A stretch of DNA of 64,000 nt from Acidobacteriota bacterium (GCA_965248695.1 CBDFKD010000002.1:4576001-4640000); one strand, 5' to 3'; positions 20,870-31,017 are shown, counted from the stretch's first letter. The notes: generated from the sequence alone by a model not told the origin. Program-made: numbers and translations.

Positions 20870-23182
20870 GTGAAAGAGCGCTACGACCCGATCCGGGTTC
20901 TCGGTCTCCTGTTGGCGTTGACCATCGCCGGGCTACCAGTGTCGAGCGACGCCGCGATCGCGGGTACTGGTTGGTACGCGGCATCGTTCCGAATGCCGTC
21001 GCAAGAGGCCGTGCCGGTGCAGCTGCCGCAGGCGCCGATGTTCCGGTCGGCGGTGACCCGCGTGCGTGTCGACGCCATCGTTACCGACAAGGACGGCAAC
21101 TTCATCGATGACATGGGGGCGGAAGACTTTCGCGTCTTCGAGGACGGCGTTGAGCAGGAGATTCTGAACGTCCAGTTCGTCAGCCTGACGAGCGGCCAGA
21201 TAAGGAACGTGGCCTCCCGCGCCGCCCCCGTACCATCGGAGAGCGGTCGCAGCGAGCCGGCCGAGGTGCAAGGTCCCGCCGCCGCGCCGACAGAAGCCGT
21301 GCCGATTCGACGGAGTCCTGCGAGACTGGGTGCGGTCGTTTATCTGGTCGACTTGCCCAGCCTCGATCGCGCCAATAAGCCGCGGCTCGCGAAGACGTTC
21401 GAGGAGTTTTTGGAGGGAGAGGGCGACCTGGACGTACCGCGCAGCGTGTACATGATCGACCAGGCCGCCGTGGTGAGGGAGCTGGCGCCCCTGACGACCG
21501 ATCGGGAAGTGCTGCGCAACGCAGCCGAAGCGGTGGCTGCAGCGAAGTTGACCAGCACGTCGATCTTCAGCCGTATGGAACGCGAGTACCAACCGTTGAT
21601 GCAGCAAGCGATCGACGCACAGAACTCGCCGACGGCCGGCATACTGCGGGCGGCCGATCCCACACCGATCCCTGTGCAAGAGATCGTCGAGAGGCTGGAG
21701 CGCAAGGCCCAGCGAGATGGCGAAATCGAACGTATGCGCGGTGAGCGAACGCTCCGAACGCTCCTGCAGTTCACCAACGCCCTTTCGGCGATGGAGGGCC
21801 GCACCGCCCTGGTGTGGATCTCGTCGGGCGCCATGATCAGCGAGGGCGGACCCTATTCGGCTTTTGCGGCGGCTGTACGGGAGGCGGTAGATGCCCCGAT
21901 CGGGACGTCGACGCTGGCGAGGACGGCCCCGGACAAGCGCATGCTCGACCTGATGGAGGAGGTCTACGAGACTGCGAACACTGGCAACGTCAGTATCTAC
22001 TCGGTCGACCCGCGGCCGATCTCGGCGCTTAACAACCTCGGTACGAGTGCTTCGATCGGTCAGGGCCTGGTCTCGACGGCGCTGCGGCGGCATGTTCGCT
22101 CGGCGTACCGCGACCTCACTGCGCCGCTGGTCGACGTGGCGACGAAGACCGGCGGGCGTGCGTTCATTGGCTGGGGCGACCTAGGCCGAGCTTTCGAGGA
22201 GCAGTACAACGACTCGACGCAGTTCTACCTGGTCTTCTACGAGCCACCGGCACCGCACGAGGACGGCGAGTACCACGAGATCGAGGTACAGGTGACGTAC
22301 CCGGATGCCGAGGTGCGAGCGCGCCCAGGCTATCGGGAGCTACCCGAATCCGAGCTCAGGACACGCAAGGTAGCGGCGGCGCTAGCGTTGCCCGGATCGG
22401 TCATCGGCCGCCCGGTGCCGGCGTCGGCGTTCCATCGGTTTGCTGCCGACGGCTCTGCCAAGATTCTACTTGTCGCCGGGCTGCCACGGCCGGCGGAGAC
22501 GGTCACCGGGAGCTGGGCGCCGGCATTCGGCGGCGTCTCGCCGGAAGAGATTCCCGAGGAGATGATCGACGTGCTCGGGATTCCCTTCTTCCGCGTGCAC
22601 GCGATCGCCCTGGATCGCGCTGGCAGCATCAGCGGCGAGACCCACGAGCTCGTACAGCCGCGCGCCGACCTGGCGGAGTACGCGCCCGATGCTGCCTTTC
22701 GACACTTCCGCTATACGACCGAGTGGGCCGTCGAGCCCGGGACCTACGATATCCGCCTCCTGATAGCCGAGGACGGCGGCGATCGTCTCGGCACGTCCAG
22801 GCTCGAGGTAAGCGTCCCGGCGAGTGAGGGCCGGTGGGTGATGGCCGACCCGATGTTGGTAGCGGTGGATACAGAGGATGGGCTCAGGCCGCTACTGGAC
22901 CAGGCGTTACCCGCCGGAATCCCGATCGCTGCGAGCGTTCAGGTCAGCGGCGCGACGAGCCCGCACGTCTCGGCGTCGATCTTCCACCGCGCCACGCGGC
23001 TCATGACCGCGGAGGTCCCGGCCCAGGCATTGCAGGCAGAGGGCCGCGGGGTACACGGCGGGGTGCTGCCGTTGCCCTATCTGGACCCCGATGAGTACTT
23101 GGTCGAGTTGCATGTGGTCGATACCACGGTCGACGGGCAGTCGGTGCGGCTGTTACCGCTGCAGGTGGTCGAGGGCAACTGA
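20870..23182 (+). CDS. Acidobacterial-type VWA domain protein
   Basis: 'FRSAVTRVRVDAIVTDKDG.FI.D....DFRVFEDG..Q.I', 'GRTALVWISSG', 'IYSVDPR', 'TGGRAF', 'DGEYHEIEV', 'RARPGY'. Confidence 0.8.
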   Translation: MKERYDPIRVLGLLLALTIAGLPVSSDAAIAGTGWYAASFRMPSQEAVPVQLPQAPMFRSAVTRVRVDAIVTDKDGNFIDDMGAEDFRVFEDGVEQEILNVQFVSLTSGQIRNVASRAAPVPSESGRSEPAEVQGPAAAPTEAVPIRRSPARLGAVVYLVDLPSLDRANKPRLAKTFEEFLEGEGDLDVPRSVYMIDQAAVVRELAPLTTDREVLRNAAEAVAAAKLTSTSIFSRMEREYQPLMQQAIDAQNSPTAGILRAADPTPIPVQEIVERLERKAQRDGEIERMRGERTLRTLLQFTNALSAMEGRTALVWISSGAMISEGGPYSAFAAAVREAVDAPIGTSTLARTAPDKRMLDLMEEVYETANTGNVSIYSVDPRPISALNNLGTSASIGQGLVSTALRRHVRSAYRDLTAPLVDVATKTGGRAFIGWGDLGRAFEEQYNDSTQFYLVFYEPPAPHEDGEYHEIEVQVTYPDAEVRARPGYRELPESELRTRKVAAALALPGSVIGRPVPASAFHRFAADGSAKILLVAGLPRPAETVTGSWAPAFGGVSPEEIPEEMIDVLGIPFFRVHAIALDRAGSISGETHELVQPRADLAEYAPDAAFRHFRYTTEWAVEPGTYDIRLLIAEDGGDRLGTSRLEVSVPASEGRWVMADPMLVAVDTEDGLRPLLDQALPAGIPIAASVQVSGATSPHVSASIFHRATRLMTAEVPAQALQAEGRGVHGGVLPLPYLDPDEYLVELHVVDTTVDGQSVRLLPLQVVEGN

Positions 23183-23217
23183 TCGCCGGAGCACGTGCGC
23201 TTGTTGCCAGACCAGAC

Positions 23218-24345
23218 ATGAGCGATCTCGTCTCCGCCCCAACACGCATCCCTCGCTTGGCATCCCTCGATGCGCTGCGGGGCTTCGACATGTTCTGGAT
23301 CATCGGCGGCGAGGGCATCGTCCATGCGTTGGCCGAGCTCACCGGCTGGTCGCTGGCGTTGTGGGCATCGCACCAGCTGCACCACGTCGAATGGGACGGG
23401 TTCGTCTTCTACGACCTGATCTTCCCGTTGTTTCTGTTCATTGCCGGTGTAGCGATGCCCTTCTCCTTGGTCGGGCGCCTGGAACGCGGCGACTCTCGGC
23501 GGGCGCTGAGCCTGCGCGTGGTGCGACGTGGCCTCCTGCTGGTGGCGCTCGGCGTCATATACAACAACGGGCTCTTCCAGGTCAGCGCAGAGCAGATGCG
23601 GTACCCCAGCGTACTGGGGAGAATCGGTTTGGCGTACATCTTCGCGGCGCTGATCGTGTTGAACGCCCGGTTGCGGGCGCAGATCGGCTGGTTCGTGGGT
23701 CTGCTGCTGGGTTACTGGGCCGCGATGGAGCTGATTCCGGTGCCCGGGTACGGCGCCGGTCAGCTGACGGTGGACGGCAGCCTGGCGGCCTTTCTTGATC
23801 GTCTGCTCATTCCCGGACGGTTACACCTGGGCGTACATGACCCTGAGGGACTGTTGTCGACCGTCCCGGCAATCTCCACGGCTCTCCTGGGCGCATTCGC
23901 CGGCTACCTGCTGCGCAGTGATCAGCCGAACCTCACGCGAGTTCGGAAGGCCTGGATCCTGGCCGCAGCCGGAGCAACAGCGTTGCTGCTGGGGTCGCTC
24001 TGGGATCCGGTGTTTCCGATCAACAAGAACCTGTGGACCAGCTCGTTCGTGCTGTATGCCGGCGGCTGGAGCCTTCTTCTCCTGGCGGCGTTCTATGCGG
24101 TTCTCGACGTTTGGGGCAAGCGGCGATGGGCCACGTTCTTCGTTGTTATCGGGATGAATTCGATTCTGATCTACATGGCAGGCTCGGTCATCGATTTCGC
24201 CTACACGACCGACTTCTTCGTGCACGGTCTGCTGCGACCGCTCAGCGAGCCTGCCGGCGCCACGCTCTGGTGGAGCAGCTTCGTTTTTGTCGAGTGGTTG
24301 TTCCTGTACGCCCTTTACCGGAAGCGCATCTTCTTGAGAATCTGA
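23218..24345 (+). CDS. DUF5009/NagX-like membrane acyltransferase (heparan-alpha-glucosaminide N-acetyltransferase family)
   Basis: 'RLASLDALRGFDM', 'H..WDGF..YDLIFPLFLF', 'DPEGLLST', 'PINKNLWTSSFVL'. Confidence 0.85.
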   Translation: MSDLVSAPTRIPRLASLDALRGFDMFWIIGGEGIVHALAELTGWSLALWASHQLHHVEWDGFVFYDLIFPLFLFIAGVAMPFSLVGRLERGDSRRALSLRVVRRGLLLVALGVIYNNGLFQVSAEQMRYPSVLGRIGLAYIFAALIVLNARLRAQIGWFVGLLLGYWAAMELIPVPGYGAGQLTVDGSLAAFLDRLLIPGRLHLGVHDPEGLLSTVPAISTALLGAFAGYLLRSDQPNLTRVRKAWILAAAGATALLLGSLWDPVFPINKNLWTSSFVLYAGGWSLLLLAAFYAVLDVWGKRRWATFFVVIGMNSILIYMAGSVIDFAYTTDFFVHGLLRPLSEPAGATLWWSSFVFVEWLFLYALYRKRIFLRI

Positions 24346-24431
24346 GACGCTCACTAAGCGGAGTTCTCGCGCTGTAGAATCGAAGTACCCGACGCCACGC
24401 CACGGGTATCAACGGGCGGAGGATATTTCCG

Positions 24432-25400
24432 ATGAGATGCATGCACGCCGCGGCATTGGCACTAGCCGCGCTCGCAGCGACGTTGCCGCCGACCCCCGTT
24501 GCTGCAATGGCGCAGGAGGCCGCCCGCGAGCTCCAAGAGCAGACGATTCGCAGGGCGCAATGGCACATCCAGCATGACGAAGCGGACTTCGCCCTGCGTC
24601 TGCTCGAGGACCTCCTGAACGAGGACGACGAGGTCTGGACGGCACAGTTCCTGCGTGGCATGGCCCTTGGTCAGCTCGGAAAGGAGAGGGGAGCACTCGA
24701 GGCTTTCCTCCTCGCCGACGATCTGAATCCCGGGGTGGCGGACGTCTACGTCTGGGCCGGGATCGCATCCTTCGGAATCGGCGATTACGACACCTGCTGG
24801 GAACAGACGATCCGGGCCCATCAGGCGGGCCGCAACATGAGCCTCGAGATCGAACAGCTGAAAGAGGTTGCCGATCCACCAAGCGATCTGGCGAGGCGGC
24901 TCCGTGCGCCGCGCGCCTTCCTGGCTGAGATGGACACCTCTGTCAGACAGCACAATACGGGCCTGGACGCCGCGTTGTTGCTGGGTCAGGGGGAGCTGTT
25001 CACCGTCCAGCAGCAGCTCGGGCAAGCGGTGCGAGACTCACGAGCCTTTGGCCTGGTACGTGCTCGAGGGCTGGCGGATTATGTGATCGGCCTGACCGTC
25101 AGCGACTATGGCAACGCCGCGTATTCTGGCTCGGAGACGAAACCCGATAACCTGCCTGCCGAAGTCGTCGATCCCGACATCATGTCGCCCCACGCCAACC
25201 CGCTGACGCATCTGTCGGGGACGGAGGAGCCGCTGGCCCATGCGCTCGAAGGCCAGCTCGAGCTGGTGAACACGGTGACCGGTGCCGTTGCGTTTTCCGT
25301 TCCGTTGATCATTGAAGACGTCACCTCGGTCGGTGACCTGAGCCGCGAGTTGCGGCGCTACGTCGGCTACCTGGAACGCTGGGCGCAGGAGAACGGCTGA
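24432..25400 (+). CDS. Exported TPR-containing hypothetical protein
   Basis: Signal peptide; TPR-like 'AQFLRGMALGQLG', 'YVWAGIASFGIGDY'. Confidence 0.6.
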   Translation: MRCMHAAALALAALAATLPPTPVAAMAQEAARELQEQTIRRAQWHIQHDEADFALRLLEDLLNEDDEVWTAQFLRGMALGQLGKERGALEAFLLADDLNPGVADVYVWAGIASFGIGDYDTCWEQTIRAHQAGRNMSLEIEQLKEVADPPSDLARRLRAPRAFLAEMDTSVRQHNTGLDAALLLGQGELFTVQQQLGQAVRDSRAFGLVRARGLADYVIGLTVSDYGNAAYSGSETKPDNLPAEVVDPDIMSPHANPLTHLSGTEEPLAHALEGQLELVNTVTGAVAFSVPLIIEDVTSVGDLSRELRRYVGYLERWAQENG

Positions 25401-25438
25401 TCTTGGCGGGCCAGCCCGGAACACGCCCGCGCCACGAG

Positions 25439-25458
25439 CATCTGTTACAGGGCACTAG
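25439..25458. repeat. Dispersed CTAG-anchored motif, copy 1
   Basis: CATCTGTTACAGGGCACTAG; 19/20 identical to 37151-37170. Confidence 0.65.
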
Positions 25459-26117
25459 AGGTTCGTGGCCGTCAGCGTGTATACGGCCCCCGCGCCGGCA
25501 ACCGAGTATGTTCCGGCCAGCGTGGCGCGGTTGAAGTTGAGCCGTAGCCGGACGTCGCCGACGATCGGATTGAACAAACCCGTCGGACCGAACGCTGTGC
25601 TGGTGCCCCAGCTACCACCGGATGTTCGGATACGTGTGTTTCTGACCACGATCCTCTTGCTGTTGTCGACCGCGTGGACGAGCCTCACGGTGCCCGCCGA
25701 CTTGGCGATGGCCACCTGTGTCTGACTACCGCTGTTGTTGATGGAACGGACCGCCCACACGTTGTTCAGGTGCATTACCACCCGGTTTCCCCGCGGATCG
25801 ACGGTCATGTCGGCACCATTGTTGACGATATCGACATCGCGGCCGAGCGTGACGCCTGTATTCGAGAGGCTGTCGGCACGAGCTCCCTGGTCCGCTGTGG
25901 CATTCAGCCATGCGGTGACGGTCGCCGCAGGAATTGTCAGGTTGAGCTGGCTGAAGTAGTGCAGGATCACTACGCCGTTCATGTCGATATCTACATCGGC
26001 CTGTTGTTGGGCGGAGGCGCCGGACGGAACGATCGCCAGGCTCAGCGCCAGCAGCAGCCAGACCCCGAGTGATGCGTGGCGAGGCCCCCGGCTCACGGTG
26101 TCGTGCTCATCAGGCAA
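25455..26117 (-). CDS. Secreted beta-rich hypothetical protein (pilin/WxL-like C-terminus)
   Basis: Signal peptide ending ASA-QQQ; Asn/Thr-rich; C-terminal 'AGTYS....YTLTA'. Start uncertain. Confidence 0.55.
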   Translation of the reverse strand: MPDEHDTVSRGPRHASLGVWLLLALSLAIVPSGASAQQQADVDIDMNGVVILHYFSQLNLTIPAATVTAWLNATADQGARADSLSNTGVTLGRDVDIVNNGADMTVDPRGNRVVMHLNNVWAVRSINNSGSQTQVAIAKSAGTVRLVHAVDNSKRIVVRNTRIRTSGGSWGTSTAFGPTGLFNPIVGDVRLRLNFNRATLAGTYSVAGAGAVYTLTATNL

Positions 26118-26137
26118 GGTATCGGGCTCATCAGGCA
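26105..26137. repeat. 12-bp direct repeat with 21-bp period
   Basis: GCTCATCAGGCA at 26105-26116 and 26126-26137, with further GCTCA copies at 26139 and 26156. Confidence 0.6.
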
Positions 26138-26397
26138 GGCTCAGGACGGGGGGCGGCTCAACCGTTACCGGTGTCTTCTGTGGCCATCACCGGACACGAG
26201 AAGACATTAAGAGTCATCTTGACGCAAGATCACATAGAATAAAATTGTTCCACTTCCGATCAAATCCAAAAAGCTCGCACTGCCTGAATTGTGCCGATGA
26301 CGTGAAGGTGGGCAAAAGGCCCGCTGTGGCACGTGCGAAGACGACGAGGGTGACTCGCGACTTGCCGCAGAGGCTGCTCAGTCCTCGGGCGCCAGCA

Positions 26398-27732
26398 CTA
26401 CGGAGCCGGGGCTTTGATCACTAGCACGATCTGGCGCAGGGCGGCGATATCCTGAGTCGGGTCGCCGGTCACCGCGACCAGATCGGCGAGCATTCCGGCG
26501 CGGATCGCGCCGAGCCGCTCGTCGAGCTCGAAGATGGCGGCGTTGCCGGCGGTGGCGGCGCGCAGCGCGGCGCTCGGTTCCATGCCGTAGTCGACCATCA
26601 GCTCCAGCTCGCGCACGTTGTCGCCGTGCGGGTACACGCCGACGTCGCCACCGAAACATAGGCTCACCCCGGCAACCATGGCGGCGCGGAAGCTGTCACG
26701 TTTCCGCCGTATTCGCTCGGGCTCGGGGTCGCGTCCCTTCCGCCAGCCGCCGTACTGGAGAATTGCGTCGCCCGCAGCGAGCGTCGGGCACAGGGCCACG
26801 TCGTTGGTGGCCATGAGGGCAAACGTCTCGTCGTCGCCGCCGTCGCCGTGTTCGATGGTGCGCACCCCCGCCCGGGCCGCCCGTCGCATGCCCTCGGCTG
26901 TCGCCGCATGCGCCACCACGCGCCGGCCCGAGCTCTCGGCCACCTCGACGACGAGCTCCAGCTCGCGCTCGGTGAAGGTCGGTTGCGCAGTGCCGTCAGG
27001 ACCCCAGCGGTAGTCTGCGTAGACCTTGATCCAGTCGGCGCCGCGACCGATCTGATCGCGCACGACGCGGATCAACTCGTCGTGGCCGTCGGCGACCTCG
27101 GCGCCTTTGTGGAACCGGATCTCGGGAGCGCCGCGCGGGTTGTAGCTGCCGGTGGTGACGATCGCCTTGGTAGCAACCAGCATGCGTGGTCCGGGCACCA
27201 CCCCCTTGTCGATCGCCGCCTTGAGCCCGGCATCGGCATAGCCGGCACCCTCGGTGCCGAGATCGCGGACGGTCGTGACCCCGGCCAGCAGGGTCGCGCG
27301 TGCGTGCACTACCGCGCGTGCGGTGCGCTCCGCCAGTGACTCTCGCATCACCTGATCGGTCCAGGCGGTCTCGTTGTAAGGATGCAGCAGAAGATGCGAG
27401 TGACCTTCGATGAGCCCCGGCAGCAAGGTGGCTCCCTCGAGTCGCACTACCCTGACGTCTCCACTGCTGTTCCCGTCCGTTAGGAGCGCGTCGGCCGGAC
27501 CCACTCGGGTGATCCGTTCGCCGTCCACCCTTACCGCCCAGCCAGCGTGACTGCGCTCACCATCGAAGACCCGGTCGGGGATCAGCAGCAACGGCACGGC
27601 GGATTCTTGCGCGGCGAGCGGGCCGCAGGTCGCCGCCGACAGCGCAGCGCTCACAACGATCATGGCGGCAGCCCGCAAGGGGATTGTCTGCAACTGGATT
27701 CGATTCCGGCACGGGGAGGGAAGCGCGAACAT
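26398..27732 (-). CDS. Secreted amidohydrolase (Xaa-Pro dipeptidase-like)
   Basis: 'LLPGLIEGHSH', 'AGVTTVRDLG', 'GADWIK', 'AH', 'IEHG', 'GGD', 'GMLADLVAV.GDP'; likely start near 27663. Confidence 0.9.
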   Translation of the reverse strand: MFALPSPCRNRIQLQTIPLRAAAMIVVSAALSAATCGPLAAQESAVPLLLIPDRVFDGERSHAGWAVRVDGERITRVGPADALLTDGNSSGDVRVVRLEGATLLPGLIEGHSHLLLHPYNETAWTDQVMRESLAERTARAVVHARATLLAGVTTVRDLGTEGAGYADAGLKAAIDKGVVPGPRMLVATKAIVTTGSYNPRGAPEIRFHKGAEVADGHDELIRVVRDQIGRGADWIKVYADYRWGPDGTAQPTFTERELELVVEVAESSGRRVVAHAATAEGMRRAARAGVRTIEHGDGGDDETFALMATNDVALCPTLAAGDAILQYGGWRKGRDPEPERIRRKRDSFRAAMVAGVSLCFGGDVGVYPHGDNVRELELMVDYGMEPSAALRAATAGNAAIFELDERLGAIRAGMLADLVAVTGDPTQDIAALRQIVLVIKAPAP

Positions 27733-30508
27733 GTCTGCGGGCCCGGAGAGTCGCCTCTGGCCGCCAGTGGCCAGTCGACGTGGTCAGCGGCGCCCGCGAT
27801 CATATACGCCGTTAGGCAGGCGCTGTAACGTCCTAGATCACCCGTCGCCTCACTCGGATGCTCTCTTCGTGCGTAGACTCGCGCCTGCCGTTGTCATTCT
27901 GTGCCTCGTGCTCGTGCTCGGCGGCGTCGGCCGACTCGAAGCCTCCGGTCAGGCCGAGGACGGTTCGCGACAGGACACCAGCGAGGGGCAAGCCACGCAA
28001 ACGAGTCAAGAGCGAACGGAGGCCCGGCGACGCACAATCCCTGTGCGCATGGTCCGGCCAGGCGCCCCCGTACGACCGTCGGATCAGCCCGCGGCGGCGA
28101 TTCCGGACGTACAGCCCCTGCCGGTCGAAACCATGCCGCCGCCCAGGCGAAGGATCCCTGTGCGCCTGGTGACCCCGGAGGAACTGCATGCGCCTGTGCG
28201 CGGCATGGGGGCTCCGGTTCTCGTTCCTGGAGACCGGCGCTCGGCTGCCTCGACCGATCCGGTGGCACCCTTGCCGGCCGGTGTCGGCGGCATCCCCCCG
28301 CCGACGCCCGCGCCCGAGGGGCCGCCCGCCGGCGCCGATCCGTTGCCGGCTGGCTCCGATACGACGTTCTCGACTGCGCGGCCGCGCTCGACCCGTTCTC
28401 CTGGCGTGGCACCGGACATGGCCGTCACACGCGCCGTCGAGCCTCCGGTGATGGACGGAGTGGTTGACGACGCCGGCTGGGCACTCTCGGACGTCGCGAC
28501 CGGGTTCCTGCAGCGGGAGCCGCAGCAGGGTCAGCCGGCGTCGGAACGCACCGAGGTGCGCATTCTGTACGACGACGACAACCTCTACGTCGGGGTGATC
28601 GCTTACGACAGCAACCCGAGCGCCGTACTTGCCACGGAGATGCGACGCGACGCCCTCGGATCACGATTCAGCGGATCTGACGACACCTTCAGCGTGCTGC
28701 TGGATACCTTCCACGATGGCCGCAGCGCGTTCCTGTTCACGGTGAACGCGCTGGGCACCCGTTACGACGCGACCATCCGCAACGAGCGCCAGATCAACTC
28801 GGACTGGGACGAAGCCTGGGAAGCCGCGGCGCAGATCACCGCTCGCGGCTGGGAGGCCGAGATGGTCATCCCGCTAGGTATCCTCCGTTTCTCCACCGGA
28901 CTTGCCGATTGGGGTGTCGATTTCGAGCGTCAGATCCGCCACAAGAACGAGCAGGTGGCTTGGAGCAACTACCGGCGCGACTTCCGATTCATCAGCGTGT
29001 CGCAGGCCGGCGATCTGCGTGGTTTCGAGAACCTGTCGGTTACGGAGCGTTTCCGCCTCAGGCCGTACTTTCTGGGATCATCCAGGTCGTTGTTCGAGGA
29101 CCCGGGACGAACGAACGACGTCGACAACGAGTTCGGCATCGACGATCTCAAGATCCAGCTGACGTCGAACCTGACCGCCGATCTGACGTACAACACGGAC
29201 TTCGCCCAGGTCGAGGTCGATCAGCAGCGGGTGAACCTGACGCGCTTCTCGTTGTTCTTCCCGGAGAAGCGCGACTTCTTCCTGGAGGGGGCCAACAACT
29301 TCAGCTTTGGCCAGCAGCGCGGCGGCTTCGATAGCTTTGGCGCTCCATTGCTGCGGCTTTTCCACTCGCGCAACATCGGGCTCTCTGAGTTCGGCGAACC
29401 GACGCCGATCGACTTCGGTGCCAAGATGACCGGCAAGGTGGGCGGCGGCAACATCGGCTTTCTGAACGTCCGGACCGGGGACTCGGAGTTCGGTGAGGGG
29501 CGCAGTTACTCGGCGTTGCGCTGGCGTCAGGATGTGCTGGCGCGGTCGAGCGTCGGCGCCCTGATCACCAACGTCGAGGGACCGGACGGACAGACCAACA
29601 CGGTCATCGGCGCCGACGCAAACTTCACCTTCTTCGACAACTTCAACATCTCGGCGTTCGGCGCCCGGGCCACCGACGACACGCTCGAGGATGGCAAGTT
29701 CGCGGGACAGTTCCGTGTGGGTTGGCAGAGCAATCTGTGGAGCGCGACCTTCGACGTGCTGCGCATTGACGAAGACTTCAAGAGTGACCTCGGCTTTGTC
29801 CTCCGAGACGGAATTGTTCGCCGTGATTTCCGGGGCTCGGTGAATCCCCGGCCGGCGCTCTCGTGGCTGCGATCAATTAGCTTTGACGCCAACTTCACGA
29901 CCTTCCACGACACCACCGGTACTCTCGTCGGTCGCGAGGGGTCGGGCGGCGCGTTTCTCGAGTTCGAGTCGGGAGACTCGATCGGCGCCTTCTACACCAG
30001 CAGCTTCGAGGTGCTGGACTTCGCGTTCCCGATCCACCCCGACGTGACGATCCCGGCGGGCGAATACAGCTTCGACATCGTCTCGGCATTCCTGTTCACC
30101 TTCGGCGGACGCCGGGTCAGCGTCGGGGGCAGCGCAAATTTCGGGGAGTTCTACGACGGTACGATCCTGTCGTTGTCGCCGCGGCTGACCCTGCGGCTCA
30201 GCGAGAAGCTGCGTATCGCGCCCAGCTACAGCTACAACAAGATCGACCTGCCTGGCGGGAGCTTCACGAGCAACGTGTTCAGCACGCGCGCCAACTACAG
30301 CTTCTCGGACCGCTGGCTCACCGACGCGCTGGTGCAGTACAACAATGTCTCCAACGGCATTTCGATCTTCGCCCGCTTGCGTTACATCTATCGAATCGGC
30401 GACGACATTTACCTCGTTTACCGACAGGTGGGCGAGTACGACAGTTTTCGCTTCGGACGCCACGACCGCTCGATCACGCTGAAGGTGACGCGCTCGTTCG
30501 GCTTCTAG
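27662..30508 (+). CDS. CBM9-like + DUF5916 outer-membrane protein with a Pro-rich N-terminal extension
   Basis: Same motifs as 6168-8423 ('LDTFHD', 'NTDFAQVEVDQQRVNLTRFSLFFPEKRDFF'); ends in an aromatic residue (F). True start probably near 27870. Confidence 0.85.
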   Translation: MAAARKGIVCNWIRFRHGEGSANMSAGPESRLWPPVASRRGQRRPRSYTPLGRRCNVLDHPSPHSDALFVRRLAPAVVILCLVLVLGGVGRLEASGQAEDGSRQDTSEGQATQTSQERTEARRRTIPVRMVRPGAPVRPSDQPAAAIPDVQPLPVETMPPPRRRIPVRLVTPEELHAPVRGMGAPVLVPGDRRSAASTDPVAPLPAGVGGIPPPTPAPEGPPAGADPLPAGSDTTFSTARPRSTRSPGVAPDMAVTRAVEPPVMDGVVDDAGWALSDVATGFLQREPQQGQPASERTEVRILYDDDNLYVGVIAYDSNPSAVLATEMRRDALGSRFSGSDDTFSVLLDTFHDGRSAFLFTVNALGTRYDATIRNERQINSDWDEAWEAAAQITARGWEAEMVIPLGILRFSTGLADWGVDFERQIRHKNEQVAWSNYRRDFRFISVSQAGDLRGFENLSVTERFRLRPYFLGSSRSLFEDPGRTNDVDNEFGIDDLKIQLTSNLTADLTYNTDFAQVEVDQQRVNLTRFSLFFPEKRDFFLEGANNFSFGQQRGGFDSFGAPLLRLFHSRNIGLSEFGEPTPIDFGAKMTGKVGGGNIGFLNVRTGDSEFGEGRSYSALRWRQDVLARSSVGALITNVEGPDGQTNTVIGADANFTFFDNFNISAFGARATDDTLEDGKFAGQFRVGWQSNLWSATFDVLRIDEDFKSDLGFVLRDGIVRRDFRGSVNPRPALSWLRSISFDANFTTFHDTTGTLVGREGSGGAFLEFESGDSIGAFYTSSFEVLDFAFPIHPDVTIPAGEYSFDIVSAFLFTFGGRRVSVGGSANFGEFYDGTILSLSPRLTLRLSEKLRIAPSYSYNKIDLPGGSFTSNVFSTRANYSFSDRWLTDALVQYNNVSNGISIFARLRYIYRIGDDIYLVYRQVGEYDSFRFGRHDRSITLKVTRSFGF

Positions 30509-30521
30509 TGGCCTGTTACAG
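30505..30521. repeat. Dispersed CTAG-anchored motif, copy 2 (opposite orientation)
   Basis: CTAGTGGCCTGTTACAG overlapping the TAG stop at 30506-30508. Confidence 0.55.
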
Positions 30522-30546
30522 GCTGGCGCTGTAGCGGAGTTGGTCA

Positions 30547-31017
30547 TTGCTCTTCAAGACACGCTTCCACGCCGGGATTCGGGATGGCTCGATTCGGCTC
30601 ACGTTTCGCCGCTGGAAGCGGCCGCAAGTGAAGGTGGGAGGGCAGTATCGGGTCGGTGCCAGCGATCAGATCGAGGTGAGCGCCTTGCGCATGCTCTCGA
30701 TGTCGAGCCTGACGCCCGATGATGCTCGCGATGCCGGCTTCGAGTCGCTGGAGGCGTTGCGGGCGGCAGTCGGTGACCGCACGGGTGCTGCTGCAGACGA
30801 CGCGATCTACCGGATCGACTTCCGCCATGTCGGCAAGTGGCGGGATTGCAGCGACCCGGACAGGCGTGCTGCCGATCTGGCGGGGCTCCTGAGGCGAGAT
30901 CGACAGCGGTTCAAGGTCGATGTCCGCAAGCTCAAGAGCCTGGGCCTGACCCTCAGCCTGGCTGTCGGCTACCGCCTGTCGCCGCGCGGGCGCGTCTTCC
31001 TAGCGCGTCGAAGCTGA
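30547..31017 (+). CDS. ASCH-like domain + C-terminal wHTH protein, possibly internally deleted
   Basis: 'GIRDGSI.LTFRRWKRPQVKVGG', 'DARDAGF', C-terminal 'FKVDVRKLKSLGLT.SL.VGYRLSPRG'. Confidence 0.6.
   Translation: MLFKTRFHAGIRDGSIRLTFRRWKRPQVKVGGQYRVGASDQIEVSALRMLSMSSLTPDDARDAGFESLEALRAAVGDRTGAAADDAIYRIDFRHVGKWRDCSDPDRRAADLAGLLRRDRQRFKVDVRKLKSLGLTLSLAVGYRLSPRGRVFLARRS

Noticed and set aside
26095-26140. Two CTGATGAG motifs on the minus strand as hammerhead ribozyme cores
   Set aside because: No GAAA after a stem II and no stem I/III partners found; kept only as a direct repeat.
26281-26297. GG-N10-GC (TCGGCACAATTCAGGCA, minus strand) as a sigma-54 promoter
   Set aside because: The -12 element departs from TTGC, and such spacing is common by chance in GC-rich DNA.
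30524-30560. GGCGCTGTAGCGGAGTTGGTCA resembling a tRNA 5' half
   Set aside because: No anticodon arm, T arm or acceptor complement; the GGAG is better explained as the RBS of the TTG start at 30547.
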